Notes: generated by a model not told the origin, from the sequence alone. Shown: positions 21,059 to 31,471, counted from the stretch's first letter. The stretch: DNA of 64,000 nucleotides from an uncultured delta proteobacterium (GCA_963841435.1 CAWJCS010000002.1:512001-576000); one strand, 5' to 3'. Made by a program: numbers and translations.

Positions 21059-22615
21059 GTGAGGCTCAATCTGCGCCGGCGCTTGGCGTTCCGACTCCTG
21101 CTCGGGTGCTCGGCGTGCATCGCCGCCGCCGCTTGCGGGAGTTCCGGAGGAGGCGATGGGCGTAACGCAGCGGGCCGCGGGGGTGCGGGCGGAGCGGGCG
21201 GCTCCGGCGCCACGAGCTCCGGCAGCGGAGGGTCTAGCGCTGCCGGGTCGTCCACCGGTGGCTCTGCCGGTGCCGGTACGGGCGGCTCGGGCATGGGCGG
21301 TTCGAGCGCGGGCGGCTCCGGAGCGGGTGGCAGGAGCGGCTCCGGTAACGGGGGCTCCGGCAATGGCGGCTCCAGCGGCAGCTCGAGCGGCGGCGTGGCG
21401 GGCGACGCGGGGGCGGGCGCCGAGGCGGGCGCGTCAGGCAGCGGGGGTGTCGTCGATCTGTGTGAAGGTCTGGTGCAGGACCTCGACGATCACGTCCAGA
21501 CGGACCTCGCCAAGCCCGCGGTCGGCGAGGTGGTCGTGGACGCCGAGTTCGGGACGAACATTCGCCGCATCACCGAAGCGCCCGCGTCCGGAGGCGGAGA
21601 CTCGGCGATCCGGCCGCCGTATTCGACGGTTTCTGCCTGGAACGCCGACGAATCGCGGCTGATGCTCTACCAGGTCGGCAGCAACGGCGGCCACAAGCTC
21701 TACGACGGCCAGAGCTACGCCTTCATTCGTGCGCTCGACGTCAATCCGCCGGATCTCGAGCAGGTGTACTGGGACACCTCCGACCCGGACATTCTCTATT
21801 ACGTCGACGACCAAGACTTCATTCGCTACCACGTCGAGGAAGACCGGAAAGAGACGCTGACGAGCTTCTCGAGCCTGTGCGGCAACGACTCGGTCAGCGG
21901 CGGCTCCGATCCGATGTTCACGTCCTGGGACTCCCGGCGCGTGGGCCTCTACTGCGGCGACCAGATGTTCATCTACGACATCCGGGACGACCAAGTGCTC
22001 GGACCCGTGCCCGCGCGCGGCACGCCGCCGGCCCAGGTTGCGCCGAGCGGCACGCTCGCGTACCTGGAAGCCGGCACGGGCGAGGTGCTGGACGCGGATC
22101 TGCAGCACGTCCGCTCACTGAATCTCCAGGAACCGTACAACCACGCGTCGCTCGGCATGCTCGCGAACGGCCACGACACGTGGAACGGCGCGGTCTACGA
22201 CGATGACAACGACGACGTGGGGATCCTGGTGACCTGGGATTTGACCGACCTTTCCGGCGGCGTGGTGATCGGGCCGAAAACCGGCTTTCCCTACCCGCCG
22301 GACGGCCACGTTTCGGCGCTCGCGTACCGGCAGCCGGGTTGGGTCGTCGTCTCGACGGTCAGCGACAACACCTCCGGCCCCCAGGGTCTTTTAGATCAAG
22401 AGATCCTCGTCGCCGACACCAACACGGGCACCGTGTGTCGCGTCGGCCGCCATCGGAGCTGGGGCAAGAACAACACGAAGATGGACGAGCCGTACTGGGC
22501 CGAGCCTCACGCCGTGCCGAGCCCGAGCGGCACGCGCATCCTCTTCGCGAGCGATTGGGGAAACGGCGCGACGGTGGACAGCTACGTGGTGGAGCTTCCG
22601 AGTTACACGCCCTGA
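21059..22615 (+). CDS. beta-propeller-like lipoprotein
   Basis: AAAC lipobox, Gly linker; YSTVSAWNADES...EPHAVPSPSGTRILFASDW. Confidence 0.85.
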   Translation: MRLNLRRRLAFRLLLGCSACIAAAACGSSGGGDGRNAAGRGGAGGAGGSGATSSGSGGSSAAGSSTGGSAGAGTGGSGMGGSSAGGSGAGGRSGSGNGGSGNGGSSGSSSGGVAGDAGAGAEAGASGSGGVVDLCEGLVQDLDDHVQTDLAKPAVGEVVVDAEFGTNIRRITEAPASGGGDSAIRPPYSTVSAWNADESRLMLYQVGSNGGHKLYDGQSYAFIRALDVNPPDLEQVYWDTSDPDILYYVDDQDFIRYHVEEDRKETLTSFSSLCGNDSVSGGSDPMFTSWDSRRVGLYCGDQMFIYDIRDDQVLGPVPARGTPPAQVAPSGTLAYLEAGTGEVLDADLQHVRSLNLQEPYNHASLGMLANGHDTWNGAVYDDDNDDVGILVTWDLTDLSGGVVIGPKTGFPYPPDGHVSALAYRQPGWVVVSTVSDNTSGPQGLLDQEILVADTNTGTVCRVGRHRSWGKNNTKMDEPYWAEPHAVPSPSGTRILFASDWGNGATVDSYVVELPSYTP

Positions 22616-22815
22616 GCCGTGCTGCGCATGGGTGCGCCCAGGGCCTCGTCGGCTGTGCGAACGTATGGAGCCAACCTGTCGCTGGAGCTCGCGTGACTGG
22701 ATGGCACCTTGCGCGACCGACCCGCGCTGATCCGTCGCAGCTTGGCGTTTGGAAACGTGGCTCTCGTCGACCTCAACAGCCTGCGACGACGGCGCGGTAC
22801 CCGGGCATAACGTTG

Positions 22816-23318
22816 ATGGACGAAACACGCTGCGATGAGGGTTTCAGTCCTACTGCTGGGCAATCGCGGCGCTCGCGAGCGGTTGTGGCAGCACGGACGA
22901 CGGCTCGATGGCTCTTGCACTGGCCCCCGATCGTCGCCGCCTCTTGGCTCGTCGCATGCGCAGCGACTCCTCGGCCGCCCGCGCCGACAGCTGCTGAACC
23001 CAAACCTGCCGCGGCTGGGCCCACGTGTCCGTCAGCGACCGCTGCCGTGGCGCCGCATGTTGCGTACGTGCCGCGTCCGCTAGCCACTGCGTCGGTGACG
23101 CTGCCGTCCCTTCCGCGTTTGCCGGAGCGACCGATCCGCGTCCACGGCGAGTATACGGTCTGGGGCGCAAGCTACTTCTTGCGAAACCGATTCGAGAAAC
23201 CGAGCGTCGCCTCGCGTTCGATCGATGTCCTGGGTTTCATCGTAGCGACCAATCTCGATCACGCCCCGCGCTGCGCCGTGCACGCTCGGGGATCGCGGAT
23301 CCGCCCGGCTGCACCGCG
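22816..23318 (+). pseudogene. truncated lipoprotein
   Basis: LVAC lipobox; YTVWGASYFLR...TNLDHAPRCAVH; runs into the integrase fragment. Confidence 0.5.
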
Positions 23319-23470
23319 ACACCTTCTGCTCCCACCTGGCCATGCGGGGCGCGGCGCCGAAGGCCATCCAGGAGCTGGTCGGTCACAGCACGCTCACCAT
23401 GACGCTGAGGTACATGCACCTGGCGCCGAGCGCGCTGCGAGAAGCGATCGGACTTCTCGATCTTGGGCAA
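23319..23470 (+). pseudogene. tyrosine recombinase/integrase C-terminal remnant
   Basis: TFCSHLAMRGAAPKAIQELVGHSTLTMTLRYMHL = box II region with GH and catalytic Y. Confidence 0.8.
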
Positions 23471-23752
23471 CAGATGGGCAACGCGGCGAGCGTGTGCGCT
23501 GCCGCCAGTCGGAGCGTTGGCTCGGCGGGGTTCATCTCCGCTCGGGTCGGCCTCGAGGCTCCAACTCGAACGTGACGCGAAGCGACGTTGCTCCCTTGCA
23601 TGCCGGCCACGCCTGCTCCAGGGGCTCTCTACTGTCCTCCGTGGCGAACGGGCTCGAGGGGCAGGCGAGCCGAAACACGACAGGCCCTTTACCGCACCGA
23701 GCGCGCGTGCTGCAGTCCCTCGCTTCCTCAGCCGGCAGAACGGAGACCTCCC

Positions 23753-24061
23753 ATGCCAAGCCAGCTCTCAAAGTCCAAGCTCATCGACGCCGTTTCCAAG
23801 ATCGTTGGAGGCGAGCTCAGCAAGCGCGACGTGAAGGCAGTCCTCGAGGCTCTCGCGAAGGTCGGCCATAGAGAGCTGAAGAAAGGCGGCGTCTTCGTCG
23901 CGCCCGGGCTCGCGAAGTTCGTGGTCGTGAAGAAGCCCGCCACGAAGGAGCGGCAAGGGATCAATCCCTTCACCAAGGAGCCGACTGTCTTCAAGGCGAA
24001 GCCCGCGCGCAAGGTGGTGAAAGCCCGTCCCGTCAAGGCCGTGAAGGACGCTGTCCTCTAG
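23753..24061 (+). CDS. HU family DNA-binding protein
   Basis: PGLAKFVVVKKPATKERQGINPFTKEPTVFKAKPARKVVKARP; GGAG RBS. Confidence 0.92.
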   Translation: MPSQLSKSKLIDAVSKIVGGELSKRDVKAVLEALAKVGHRELKKGGVFVAPGLAKFVVVKKPATKERQGINPFTKEPTVFKAKPARKVVKARPVKAVKDAVL

Positions 24062-24229
24062 AGCCTGCCCGTCCAACTCAGGTTCCGTCACCCTCGGCTG
24101 ACTGGACGGCCGCGCCCGGCGCCGGTTTGACGGCGGGTTGGGGTTCCCCAATCACCCGAGGGAAACGTCCGGGCCGCCTACAGCTTCCTCGGCGCCAGCG
24201 GCCGTTCGTTCAACTTCAACGCGACCTTG

Positions 24230-24942
24230 TCGGTAGCGGCGGCGCGGGGACCGCGGCCGCAGGAGGTCGCGGCGCCCCCTCGACCGCTGGTTCCGAGGCT
24301 TCCGGGGGGGAAGCGGCAGGAACACCGAAACTCAGGCCGGTGCCCCGTCCTCCGGCGACGCGCCTTGCACCGGACCCGAGCTTTGCAACGGCCAGGACGA
24401 CGATTGCGATCCCGCGACAGCCGACGGCTCCGCGGAGCCCACGCTCGGAGAGCCCTGCGACGGCCCAGACCGGGACTTCTGCAAAGAGGGCACGATCGTT
24501 TGTGCCAACGGAGCGCTCTCCTGCACGGACGACAGCTCGTCGACGCCGGAAGTGTGTGGCGCTCAGGGCGTCGACGAGGACTGCGACGGGCTCGTCAACG
24601 TCAACGCGGGCGACACGGATCCGGTCTGTGCCAGCGAAGCGCAAGACCTTGGCTCCGTCTCGGGAGACACCGGCGCCGAGCACAGAGTCAGGACCGGGAT
24701 GGAGGAGGCCTTCTACCTCGCCACCGTCACGGAGAACCGTAATCCACAGCCTGGACGGGCACTCCGACCAGGTGGGAGTCACCTACAGCCCGAACGACCC
24801 CATGGTCCAGGAGGATCAGGACGTTATGCTGTACGTGGTGCTGCACCAGTCCACCCAATGTGCGGCCTGGACGTTGACGGCCGATGGAAACCTCAACCTG
24901 TCGAGCGTCAACGCGGTCTACGCGATCCCGACCTGGCCGTAA
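24230..24942 (+). pseudogene. degraded secreted protein with ELCNGxDDDCD metal-binding repeats
   Basis: PELCNGQDDDCD and VDEDCDGLV motifs; no start, frameshifts. Confidence 0.55.
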
Positions 24943-25340
24943 CGGTGGACCGAGTGCGCACGCCCAGTCGATGAATGCCTTGCTTTGATGGGTGCTTCTG
25001 GCCCCCGGATCGCCTTCGACTGGATGGACTTTCGCAAACGCCTACCCCGCCGATCGCGCCTCGGCCCTCGGCGAGCTGCGCGCGACGTGGCGCGAGCATC
25101 CCCGCACTTCAGATACTCCTCGAACTAACCTCTGCCCGAGGTCCGTGGTCGCGTTTCTTGGGGAAACGCACGCAGGGGCCTTGGTCGCGGCCAACGGTTG
25201 TCGCGTGGGCTACGACGAGGTCGGCGTGATCGGACACGCCGCCGCAGCGGGCGACAATTCGAGCGCGGGCGGCGCCGCCGGCCCCACCCTTCACGCCAAG
25301 GTCCCTTCCTCGACCTTCCTTCAATCCGCAGTGCGATCGG

Positions 25341-25846
25341 TCACTCGAACGGATGGCACTCGTAGGTGATGGTCTGGCCGGCCAGGCAGGGAAAGCGTTG
25401 ATCGGCGAAGGAATCGAGCCACTGCTGCTTTTCGTCGTCTCGGATCCTCGTGTTGTCCACGATACGCCCATCGTCGTCGATCACGATGGCGCCCCGCCGC
25501 CACCCGGGTAGAGGGTCGGACGTCGGGGTCACTTCATGGCATGACAATAGCGCTGGCGTCTCGATGGCTCTCATGAGCGCGTTCACACCACAGGTGCCGG
25601 CGTCGCCGCCGACGCCGCTTTCGGAGCCGCCCGTTGCTCCGCCGCCCACTTCGATCAGGGCGGCGAATCCACCCTGGGCGGCAGCCGCGCCCGTCGCGCC
25701 GCCGGTCTCTTGGGCCCCGCCGCCTCCGGAGCCCGGACCGGCGCCGGCCAGGCCTCCACCAGCGCCTGCTCCCGACCCGCCGGCCCCTGCCGGGCGTAGG
25801 GGATCTCCGGCGCCCACACGATGAGGTCGAACCGCGCCGCGGTCAT
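25341..25846 (-). pseudogene. Gly-linker secreted protein, N-terminus disrupted
   Basis: Gly-rich linker, then GAIVIDDDGRIVDNT...RFPCLAGQTITYEC; no clean signal peptide in frame. Confidence 0.45.
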
Positions 25847-25907
25847 GAAGGTGGACACGCCATTGTGCAGGAGGTTCGCGAAATCGGTGGCGCTGATCAG
25901 GGCTCGC

Positions 25908-26267
25908 CGGCCTGTGGCTTCTGGAAAACGTGACGCCTCCCGTTCTCGCTAGGATGAAGCGGAACTGGGACAAGACGTTGCGTCCCGCCAACGCTGAGAT
26001 GAAATTTGCACCAAGCGACGGGCTCGGGTTCTTTGAAGCGCATGGCTGGATGCCGTCCGTCGAGAAATCGCTCCTCGACGAGGCCGAGCGCTTGGGTCGG
26101 GAGATGCGGCTGGTGACTGCGCTCCGGTCGTTGTCGCGCTTCATCCCTCCGCTCAGCGCCGCCTATGCCCGCCGCCAGGAGAGGTTCCGCGACGCGGTCG
26201 TGTACGCCCTCTTGGAGCGCGCGGAAGGTCGTGGCGGACCGCCGAGCTGACCCTCCTCGAATCGTCG
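25908..26267 (+). repeat. 360-bp direct repeat copy 1 (3' third of the methyltransferase gene)
   Basis: Identical by eye to 27352-27711 (offset 1444). Confidence 0.95.
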
Positions 26268-26310
26268 GAATATCGTCGGCACCCGCTCCCAACGAGCCCC
26301 AACGCCGCCG

Positions 26311-26338
26311 TTGACACGCTTGCTGGATCCTCTACGGT
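26311..26338 (+). promoter_or_regulatory. candidate sigma70 promoter
   Basis: TTGACA-16 nt-TACGGT about 155 nt upstream of ATG 26493. Confidence 0.4.
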
Positions 26339-26492
26339 AGCGCTCGGGCTCTCCCCGAGCCCGGGATCTCGCGGGTCTTTCCCGGCACGACCAGAGCGAG
26401 GGCGAAGAGGGCTCAGCCCTTCGGGTTCGCGGTTGTCGTTCTCCTTCGATTTCGAGCCCTGCGCCGGGGCGGGGTCATCATCGAGGAGAGTC

Positions 26493-26798
26493 ATGGCGAA
26501 CCGGCACAGTCACAAGAAGCTCCGGGCGGAGATCCGCGCAAGAATGGCCTCGACGGGCGAGGGCTATCAGGCGGCGCACCGCCGAATCCTCGCCCAGCGA
26601 AGCACCGCCCGTCGAATCGAACGCGCGGGCGTCCCCGAGCTGATCGCGACGACCTACTTCGGCGTGCCGATCACCGTCGCCGCCTACGAGATCCTGTCCC
26701 ACGTTCGCCTCATTCTCGTGTCCGGCTCTGGTGGACCCATGGGTCTGCCTTGGAGCAGCGCATCGCCCCTCCTCGTTCACTCGGACGGCGTGCAATGA
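26493..26798 (+). CDS. small protein with RARMxxTGExYxxA N-terminal motif
   Basis: GAGGAG RBS; MANRHSHKKLRAEIRARMASTGEGYQAAHRRI; ATGA overlap with the next gene. Confidence 0.75.
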   Translation: MANRHSHKKLRAEIRARMASTGEGYQAAHRRILAQRSTARRIERAGVPELIATTYFGVPITVAAYEILSHVRLILVSGSGGPMGLPWSSASPLLVHSDGVQ

Positions 26799-27694
26799 GC
26801 GCCGTGCCGGTTGACGATGTGTCCGACACCGCTCGCTGGGTGGCGTACTTTCGGGCCTTGGAATCCGAACGCTCCGACGCACTGTTCCATGATCACCACG
26901 CCCGTCAACTGGCAGGAGATCGCGGGCGAGCGATCGCCGAGGGGCTTCCAAAAGGACCCCTGTCCTGGTCGATCGCCATCAGGACGAAGGTCTTCGACGA
27001 GTTGATCATGGAAGCCGTTCAGGCACGCGAGGTTCGCACCGTCGTCAACCTCGCGGCGGGTCTCGACGCCCGGCCCTATCGCCTTCCGCTTCCGGCGGAC
27101 CTTCGGTGGATCGAGACCGATCTCCCGGGGCTGATCCATTGGAAGGACCAACTGCTCGAAGCCGAGCATCCGGCCTGTTCCGTCGAGCGGATCCCGCTCG
27201 ACCTCGCTGACGCCCGCGAGCGCAGGGCGTTGCTCACCCGACTCCGCTCCGATGGGTCGCGCGTGCTGGTGGTGACCGAGGGACTCTTGGTGTACCTGGA
27301 CGAGGCGACCGTAGCTTCGCTCGCCGACGATCTCGGAGCGTCGTTCCCGCTCGGCCTGTGGCTTCTGGAAAACGTGACGCCTCCCGTTCTCGCTAGGATG
27401 AAGCGGAACTGGGACAAGACGTTGCGTCCCGCCAACGCTGAGATGAAATTTGCACCAAGCGACGGGCTCGGGTTCTTTGAAGCGCATGGCTGGATGCCGT
27501 CCGTCGAGAAATCGCTCCTCGACGAGGCCGAGCGCTTGGGTCGGGAGATGCGGCTGGTGACTGCGCTCCGGTCGTTGTCGCGCTTCATCCCTCCGCTCAG
27601 CGCCGCCTATGCCCGCCGCCAGGAGAGGTTCCGCGACGCGGTCGTGTACGCCCTCTTGGAGCGCGCGGAAGGTCGTGGCGGACCGCCGAGCTGA
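26795..27694 (+). CDS. LCM-family SAM-dependent methyltransferase
   Basis: DTARWVAYFRALES, VVNLAAGLDARPYRL, VVTEGLLVYL. Confidence 0.92.
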   Translation: MSAVPVDDVSDTARWVAYFRALESERSDALFHDHHARQLAGDRGRAIAEGLPKGPLSWSIAIRTKVFDELIMEAVQAREVRTVVNLAAGLDARPYRLPLPADLRWIETDLPGLIHWKDQLLEAEHPACSVERIPLDLADARERRALLTRLRSDGSRVLVVTEGLLVYLDEATVASLADDLGASFPLGLWLLENVTPPVLARMKRNWDKTLRPANAEMKFAPSDGLGFFEAHGWMPSVEKSLLDEAERLGREMRLVTALRSLSRFIPPLSAAYARRQERFRDAVVYALLERAEGRGGPPS

Positions 27695-27711
27695 CCCTCC
27701 TCGAATCGTCG
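27352..27711 (+). repeat. 360-bp direct repeat copy 2
   Basis: Identical by eye to 25908-26267. Confidence 0.95.
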
Positions 27712-28018
27712 CCAAACTGGAACCCCGAAGACGGAGTCTGAGCACCCCCCCAAGCGCTCGAAGCCGCTCGGCCAAGGTGTGTGGGTTCGACTCCCTCCTC
27801 GTGCACTCGCGCGGGCAGCTCGAGCTGCCGCTCGTTCGGTGAGTCGGCCAGCGCAGCGGCCTCGGCGGGCGTATGCGCTGCGTTCGGCAACCAGCCCGCA
27901 GAGGCGGGGTTCACCGACGATGCGTCCCCGCCGTTTTCCCAGTTCGATTTCCCTTTGGCGCCTGGCGCCGCAGCTTCCGTCGTGATCACGCCCAAGTAGT
28001 CGCGACCGTCGGGTGCAA

Positions 28019-29344
28019 TCATTGGAACTGGGTGAAAAACTTCCACACCTCGCCTTTGGTCCAGGTCTTGGCGCCGTCGTCGCCGCCGCCGTCGACGTTG
28101 CCGGGCGTGTGACCGCCGTCGAAGGCGCACCATTCGACGGGATAGCCGGCCCTGCAGCCTTGATAGCTGGTGCAGACGTGCATCCCGCTGCCGGCGCTCG
28201 GCTCCGGCGGGTTCATGGCGGTGCAGCCGTCGTTCATCACGAACTTGTCGCGCATCGAGCGCCCGCCGGAGATGTTGAGCGTGCCGTCGCTGATACCGTG
28301 AATGCCGATGTAGGCGATGGGCTGAGTGCCGCCATCGCACCCGCTGATCACCCCGCCCGAGTAGACCGCGACTCCGCGGAAGACAGTGGCTCGCGCGCAC
28401 GCGATTGCGTAGCTCATGGAGCCGCCGTAGCTGAAGCCCATGGCGAAGAGCCGCGTCGTGTCCACGCACAGATCGCCTTCGATCAGCGCTATCATGTCAT
28501 CGGTGAACTTCACGTCTGCGCCGCCGGAATTGCCCCAGCCGTTGCTGATACCCTGCGGAGCGACGAAGATGGTGCTGTCGCCCGCCTGGGCCCTCATCCC
28601 GTAATACGACCAGGCGGCTCCAGTGCTGCCGCCGCCGTCGACGTCCTGCATCGTGCCGCCCACCCAGTGGTAAGCGAAGATCAAGCGATGGGGTAGATTG
28701 TTGTCGTAGTTATCGGGGATGCGAAGGATGTAGCTGCGGCTCTGCCCGCCGGTCTGAATGGTTTTGCTTCCGCTCGTGAGGGTCGCAGCCTTGCCGCATC
28801 CAGGACTCCGCATCGCCATGCCCGAGCCGGCGCTGCCCGCCGCGCCGCCCGCGCCACTGGCACCCGCGCGCCCTCCCATTCCACCGGCTCCCGGCCCGCC
28901 GCTGCTTCCCGAAACGGCGCCGCTCCCGCCGTTTCCGCCTTGCCCCGCTTGGGCGCCCGCGCTTCCGCCGACGCCCGAAGTGCCCCCCTTGCCGGCCGCA
29001 CCGCCCGTTCCCGCCGCACCGGCAGAGCCACCCGTTGCGCCTGAGCCCGCTGTTCCACCTGAGCCCGCTGTTCCACCTGAGCCCGCTGTTCCACCTGAGC
29101 CCGCTGTTCCACCTGAGCCGCCGGCAGCCGTCGTCCCGCCCGAGCCGGCGGCTGTGCCGCCTGAGCCGTCTTGCCCGCTTGTGCCGCCGGATCCCGCGGG
29201 GCCGCCTGCCCCACCTGGGGTGCCCCCGGGACCACCCGCAGCGCTAGAACCGCCAGCACCCATGATACCGGTCGGGTCGTTTGACGAGCAGGCGCCTGCG
29301 ACGAAGGCAAGCGCCGCAACCGATGATCGCAAGCAACTTCTCAT
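28019..29344 (-). CDS. alpha/beta esterase (CE1-like) lipoprotein, paralog of 14920-16140
   Basis: AGAC lipobox, Gly linker, IFVAPQG, GFSYGG, HGISD, FDGGH, WKFFTQF. Confidence 0.88.
   Translation of the reverse strand: MRSCLRSSVAALAFVAGACSSNDPTGIMGAGGSSAAGGPGGTPGGAGGPAGSGGTSGQDGSGGTAAGSGGTTAAGGSGGTAGSGGTAGSGGTAGSGGTAGSGATGGSAGAAGTGGAAGKGGTSGVGGSAGAQAGQGGNGGSGAVSGSSGGPGAGGMGGRAGASGAGGAAGSAGSGMAMRSPGCGKAATLTSGSKTIQTGGQSRSYILRIPDNYDNNLPHRLIFAYHWVGGTMQDVDGGGSTGAAWSYYGMRAQAGDSTIFVAPQGISNGWGNSGGADVKFTDDMIALIEGDLCVDTTRLFAMGFSYGGSMSYAIACARATVFRGVAVYSGGVISGCDGGTQPIAYIGIHGISDGTLNISGGRSMRDKFVMNDGCTAMNPPEPSAGSGMHVCTSYQGCRAGYPVEWCAFDGGHTPGNVDGGGDDGAKTWTKGEVWKFFTQFQ
29040..29119. repeat. 18-bp tandem repeat x4.4 encoding SGGTAG
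   Basis: (cctgagcccgctgttcca)4 followed by cctgagcc. Confidence 0.9.
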
Positions 29345-29764
29345 CGGGAACTCACGTGAGAGCTACACGCTGATCTCCGAAAAAACGGGTCAGAATGTTG
29401 CAGATTTTCGAGGCCGATCCCTGCAACACGAGGTCCGGGCAACGACTCGTCCGTTCCCGCGCGAAAGTTTGCAATATGCTGCACGATCTACGGACGCCGT
29501 CCGAAGCCGAGGTACGCGGTCGTCTCGAGCTCGGTGGGCCCCTGGATGTGTTCCGAGAGGAAGGTGTCGGGCTCCTGTACTTTGGCGGCGTGCACGCCGG
29601 CCGCGTTCGGGACGCGCACCCAAATCCCAGACCGATGCCTGTCCGCGTCGGGTTCGCGGCCGTGCTCTTCGCAGCAGGCGTCGCGGGTTCGGGCGAATGG
29701 GCGGCGTTGCTACGCTCTCAGGGTGTCCGCCTTGCGCGATTTGGCGCCTCTCTGACGGAACCGC

Positions 29765-30643
29765 TCACTTTTGAAACGCCCGCATCTTCTCGAGGAATTC
29801 GTCCTTGGAGACCACCGGGGACATGTGACCGCCGGGCAATTCGACGACGCTGACGTTCGCGAGCGCCGCAGCAAGCGCGTCGATGATCGCGGCATTGTAG
29901 TGATCGGTGCCCGTGCCTTTGACGAGCATGACCGGCATCGAAAGGCGGCGCAGTCGCGAAACGTCGTCACGATGTCGGAAAATGGCGATCGAGGCGCGCA
30001 ACGCGTCGCGGTGCTGGTTCCAGACCGACCAGCGAGGATGCTGCCGGGGTGGCTGATCCGGTCCGAGCAAATCCGTCATGAAGGCGGCAAGCTCGTCCTC
30101 GGTCACACCGTCGGCCCATCGCAACGCAGACTCTTCGGTCTTGCGAACCTCGGGGTCGGCTCGCCCGTAGTCGGGCAGTAGCCAAGCAGCATCGGGCTCC
30201 ACCAGCAACAGCGACCGAATTCGTTCAGGATGGTCGAGGGCGAAATCCAGCGCGATGAGGCCACCATAAGACCAGCCCACGACGTTGACGGGCTCCCTCC
30301 ACCCGAGGTCGGTCAGCGCCGCGGCGAGCGCGCGGCTTTCCAGTTTCACCGAATAGTCAACCGGTAGCGAAGCGTGCGCCAGGCCGAGCTCGACGCCGAG
30401 TGGTTGCGCCAGCGCTACCTGGCGTTCGGACGCCAGCTCATTCGCGTGTGGGACCCACGAAAGAACGCCGGTCAAACCTTGGCCCACGATGACGAGCGGT
30501 CGCCCCTGGCCGAGCACGCGCATTTGCATCTTGACCACTGACGCCTCCTTCGCTGCGGCGGCTGAGCTCGTGCGTCCGTTGTGAGCAGCGCAGGCAATCG
30601 GCGCCACGCTCACGAGCCAAAGCCAGGTCCTTGCGGTCCCCAT
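29765..30643 (-). CDS. alpha/beta hydrolase lipoprotein
   Basis: PIAC lipobox; GWSYGG; GGHMSP. Confidence 0.88.
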   Translation of the reverse strand: MGTARTWLWLVSVAPIACAAHNGRTSSAAAAKEASVVKMQMRVLGQGRPLVIVGQGLTGVLSWVPHANELASERQVALAQPLGVELGLAHASLPVDYSVKLESRALAAALTDLGWREPVNVVGWSYGGLIALDFALDHPERIRSLLLVEPDAAWLLPDYGRADPEVRKTEESALRWADGVTEDELAAFMTDLLGPDQPPRQHPRWSVWNQHRDALRASIAIFRHRDDVSRLRRLSMPVMLVKGTGTDHYNAAIIDALAAALANVSVVELPGGHMSPVVSKDEFLEKMRAFQK

Positions 30644-30764
30644 TCTTCGTAAATAAGACTACTTCATTGCCGGCGGGGATTCGAGGAGTCGTTGCTGCTT
30701 CAAGCACCCGCCGAGTCCGGGGTCGGCGTCGAGAGCGCCTGAAAAACGAAGTGCCAGCCAGGTC

Positions 30765-31450
30765 GTCAACGGCCGTGACCGGCGACAGCTCGAGCGGTTG
30801 TGCCGCTACATCACACGGCCTCCCGTTGCTCAGGATCGCCTCCAGCGAGCCCGACGACCTGATGGTCCGGCTCGTCGCCAGCCGTTTTCCCGGTTCGTTC
30901 TTCCTTGCCGCCCAGGTTGGGGTGCCGGAGCCGACCGGGTTTCACCCGACGCGGCCCATGAGACCGAGCGCTCGGGTATCGGCACACAGAAAGCCGAGTG
31001 TCCGTACTCTGTCCTTGGTGCCTCACTGAGCGATGCACGCGTCCTGCATCGCGCGCCAGAATCGTCTGCGCGATGGCCTCCGCTCCCGCAGCGCTCGGAA
31101 GGATGCCGCTCGCATCCGTGAACGCCGAGAGGTGGTCGGCGCAGGTGGGGCGAAGATCGACGAGATGGCAAGGAACCGGGCTCCGCGCCGACGAAGACGT
31201 CGGCTCCCCCGACGCGCGGGGTAGCTGCAACCGGTCGCGCCCGCTAGCGTGCGCTCTTGACGCCGACCCGAGCGGGCGTCGAGGACGTGGCGCGCCGCAC
31301 GGCAGCCGGTATCGAGAAGATCCTCCGACCACGCAACCGTGCTCCACATCGCTCCTGTGTTCGGAGCCGCGACACCCGCCCACCTGCAGTCCCCTCCAAT
31401 CCTGCCCCCGGGCTTCCTCTCGGTTTTCGCGGTTCGATTTTCTTATGCGC
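30765..31450 (+). mobile_element. IS91/ISCR-family remnant 1 (internally deleted transposase plus oriIS end)
   Basis: GRDRRQLERLCRYITRPPVAQDRL joined to EPDDLMVRLVA; ends GCGGTTCGATTTTCTTATGC. Confidence 0.75.
31188..31450 (+). repeat. 263-bp direct repeat copy 1 (IS91-type right end)
   Basis: Matches 38421-38682 with one indel and one substitution seen. Confidence 0.92.
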
Positions 31451-31471
31451 ACCGTATTCTGTGCGTTGGCC

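Noticed and set aside
25908-27711. Repeat pair as a diversity-generating retroelement TR/VR
   Set aside because: The copies look identical, with no adenine-specific differences and no reverse transcriptase nearby
29040-29119. Possible CRISPR-like array
   Set aside because: No spacers; an in-frame coding tandem repeat in a Gly linker. No CRISPR array or cas gene was seen in the window
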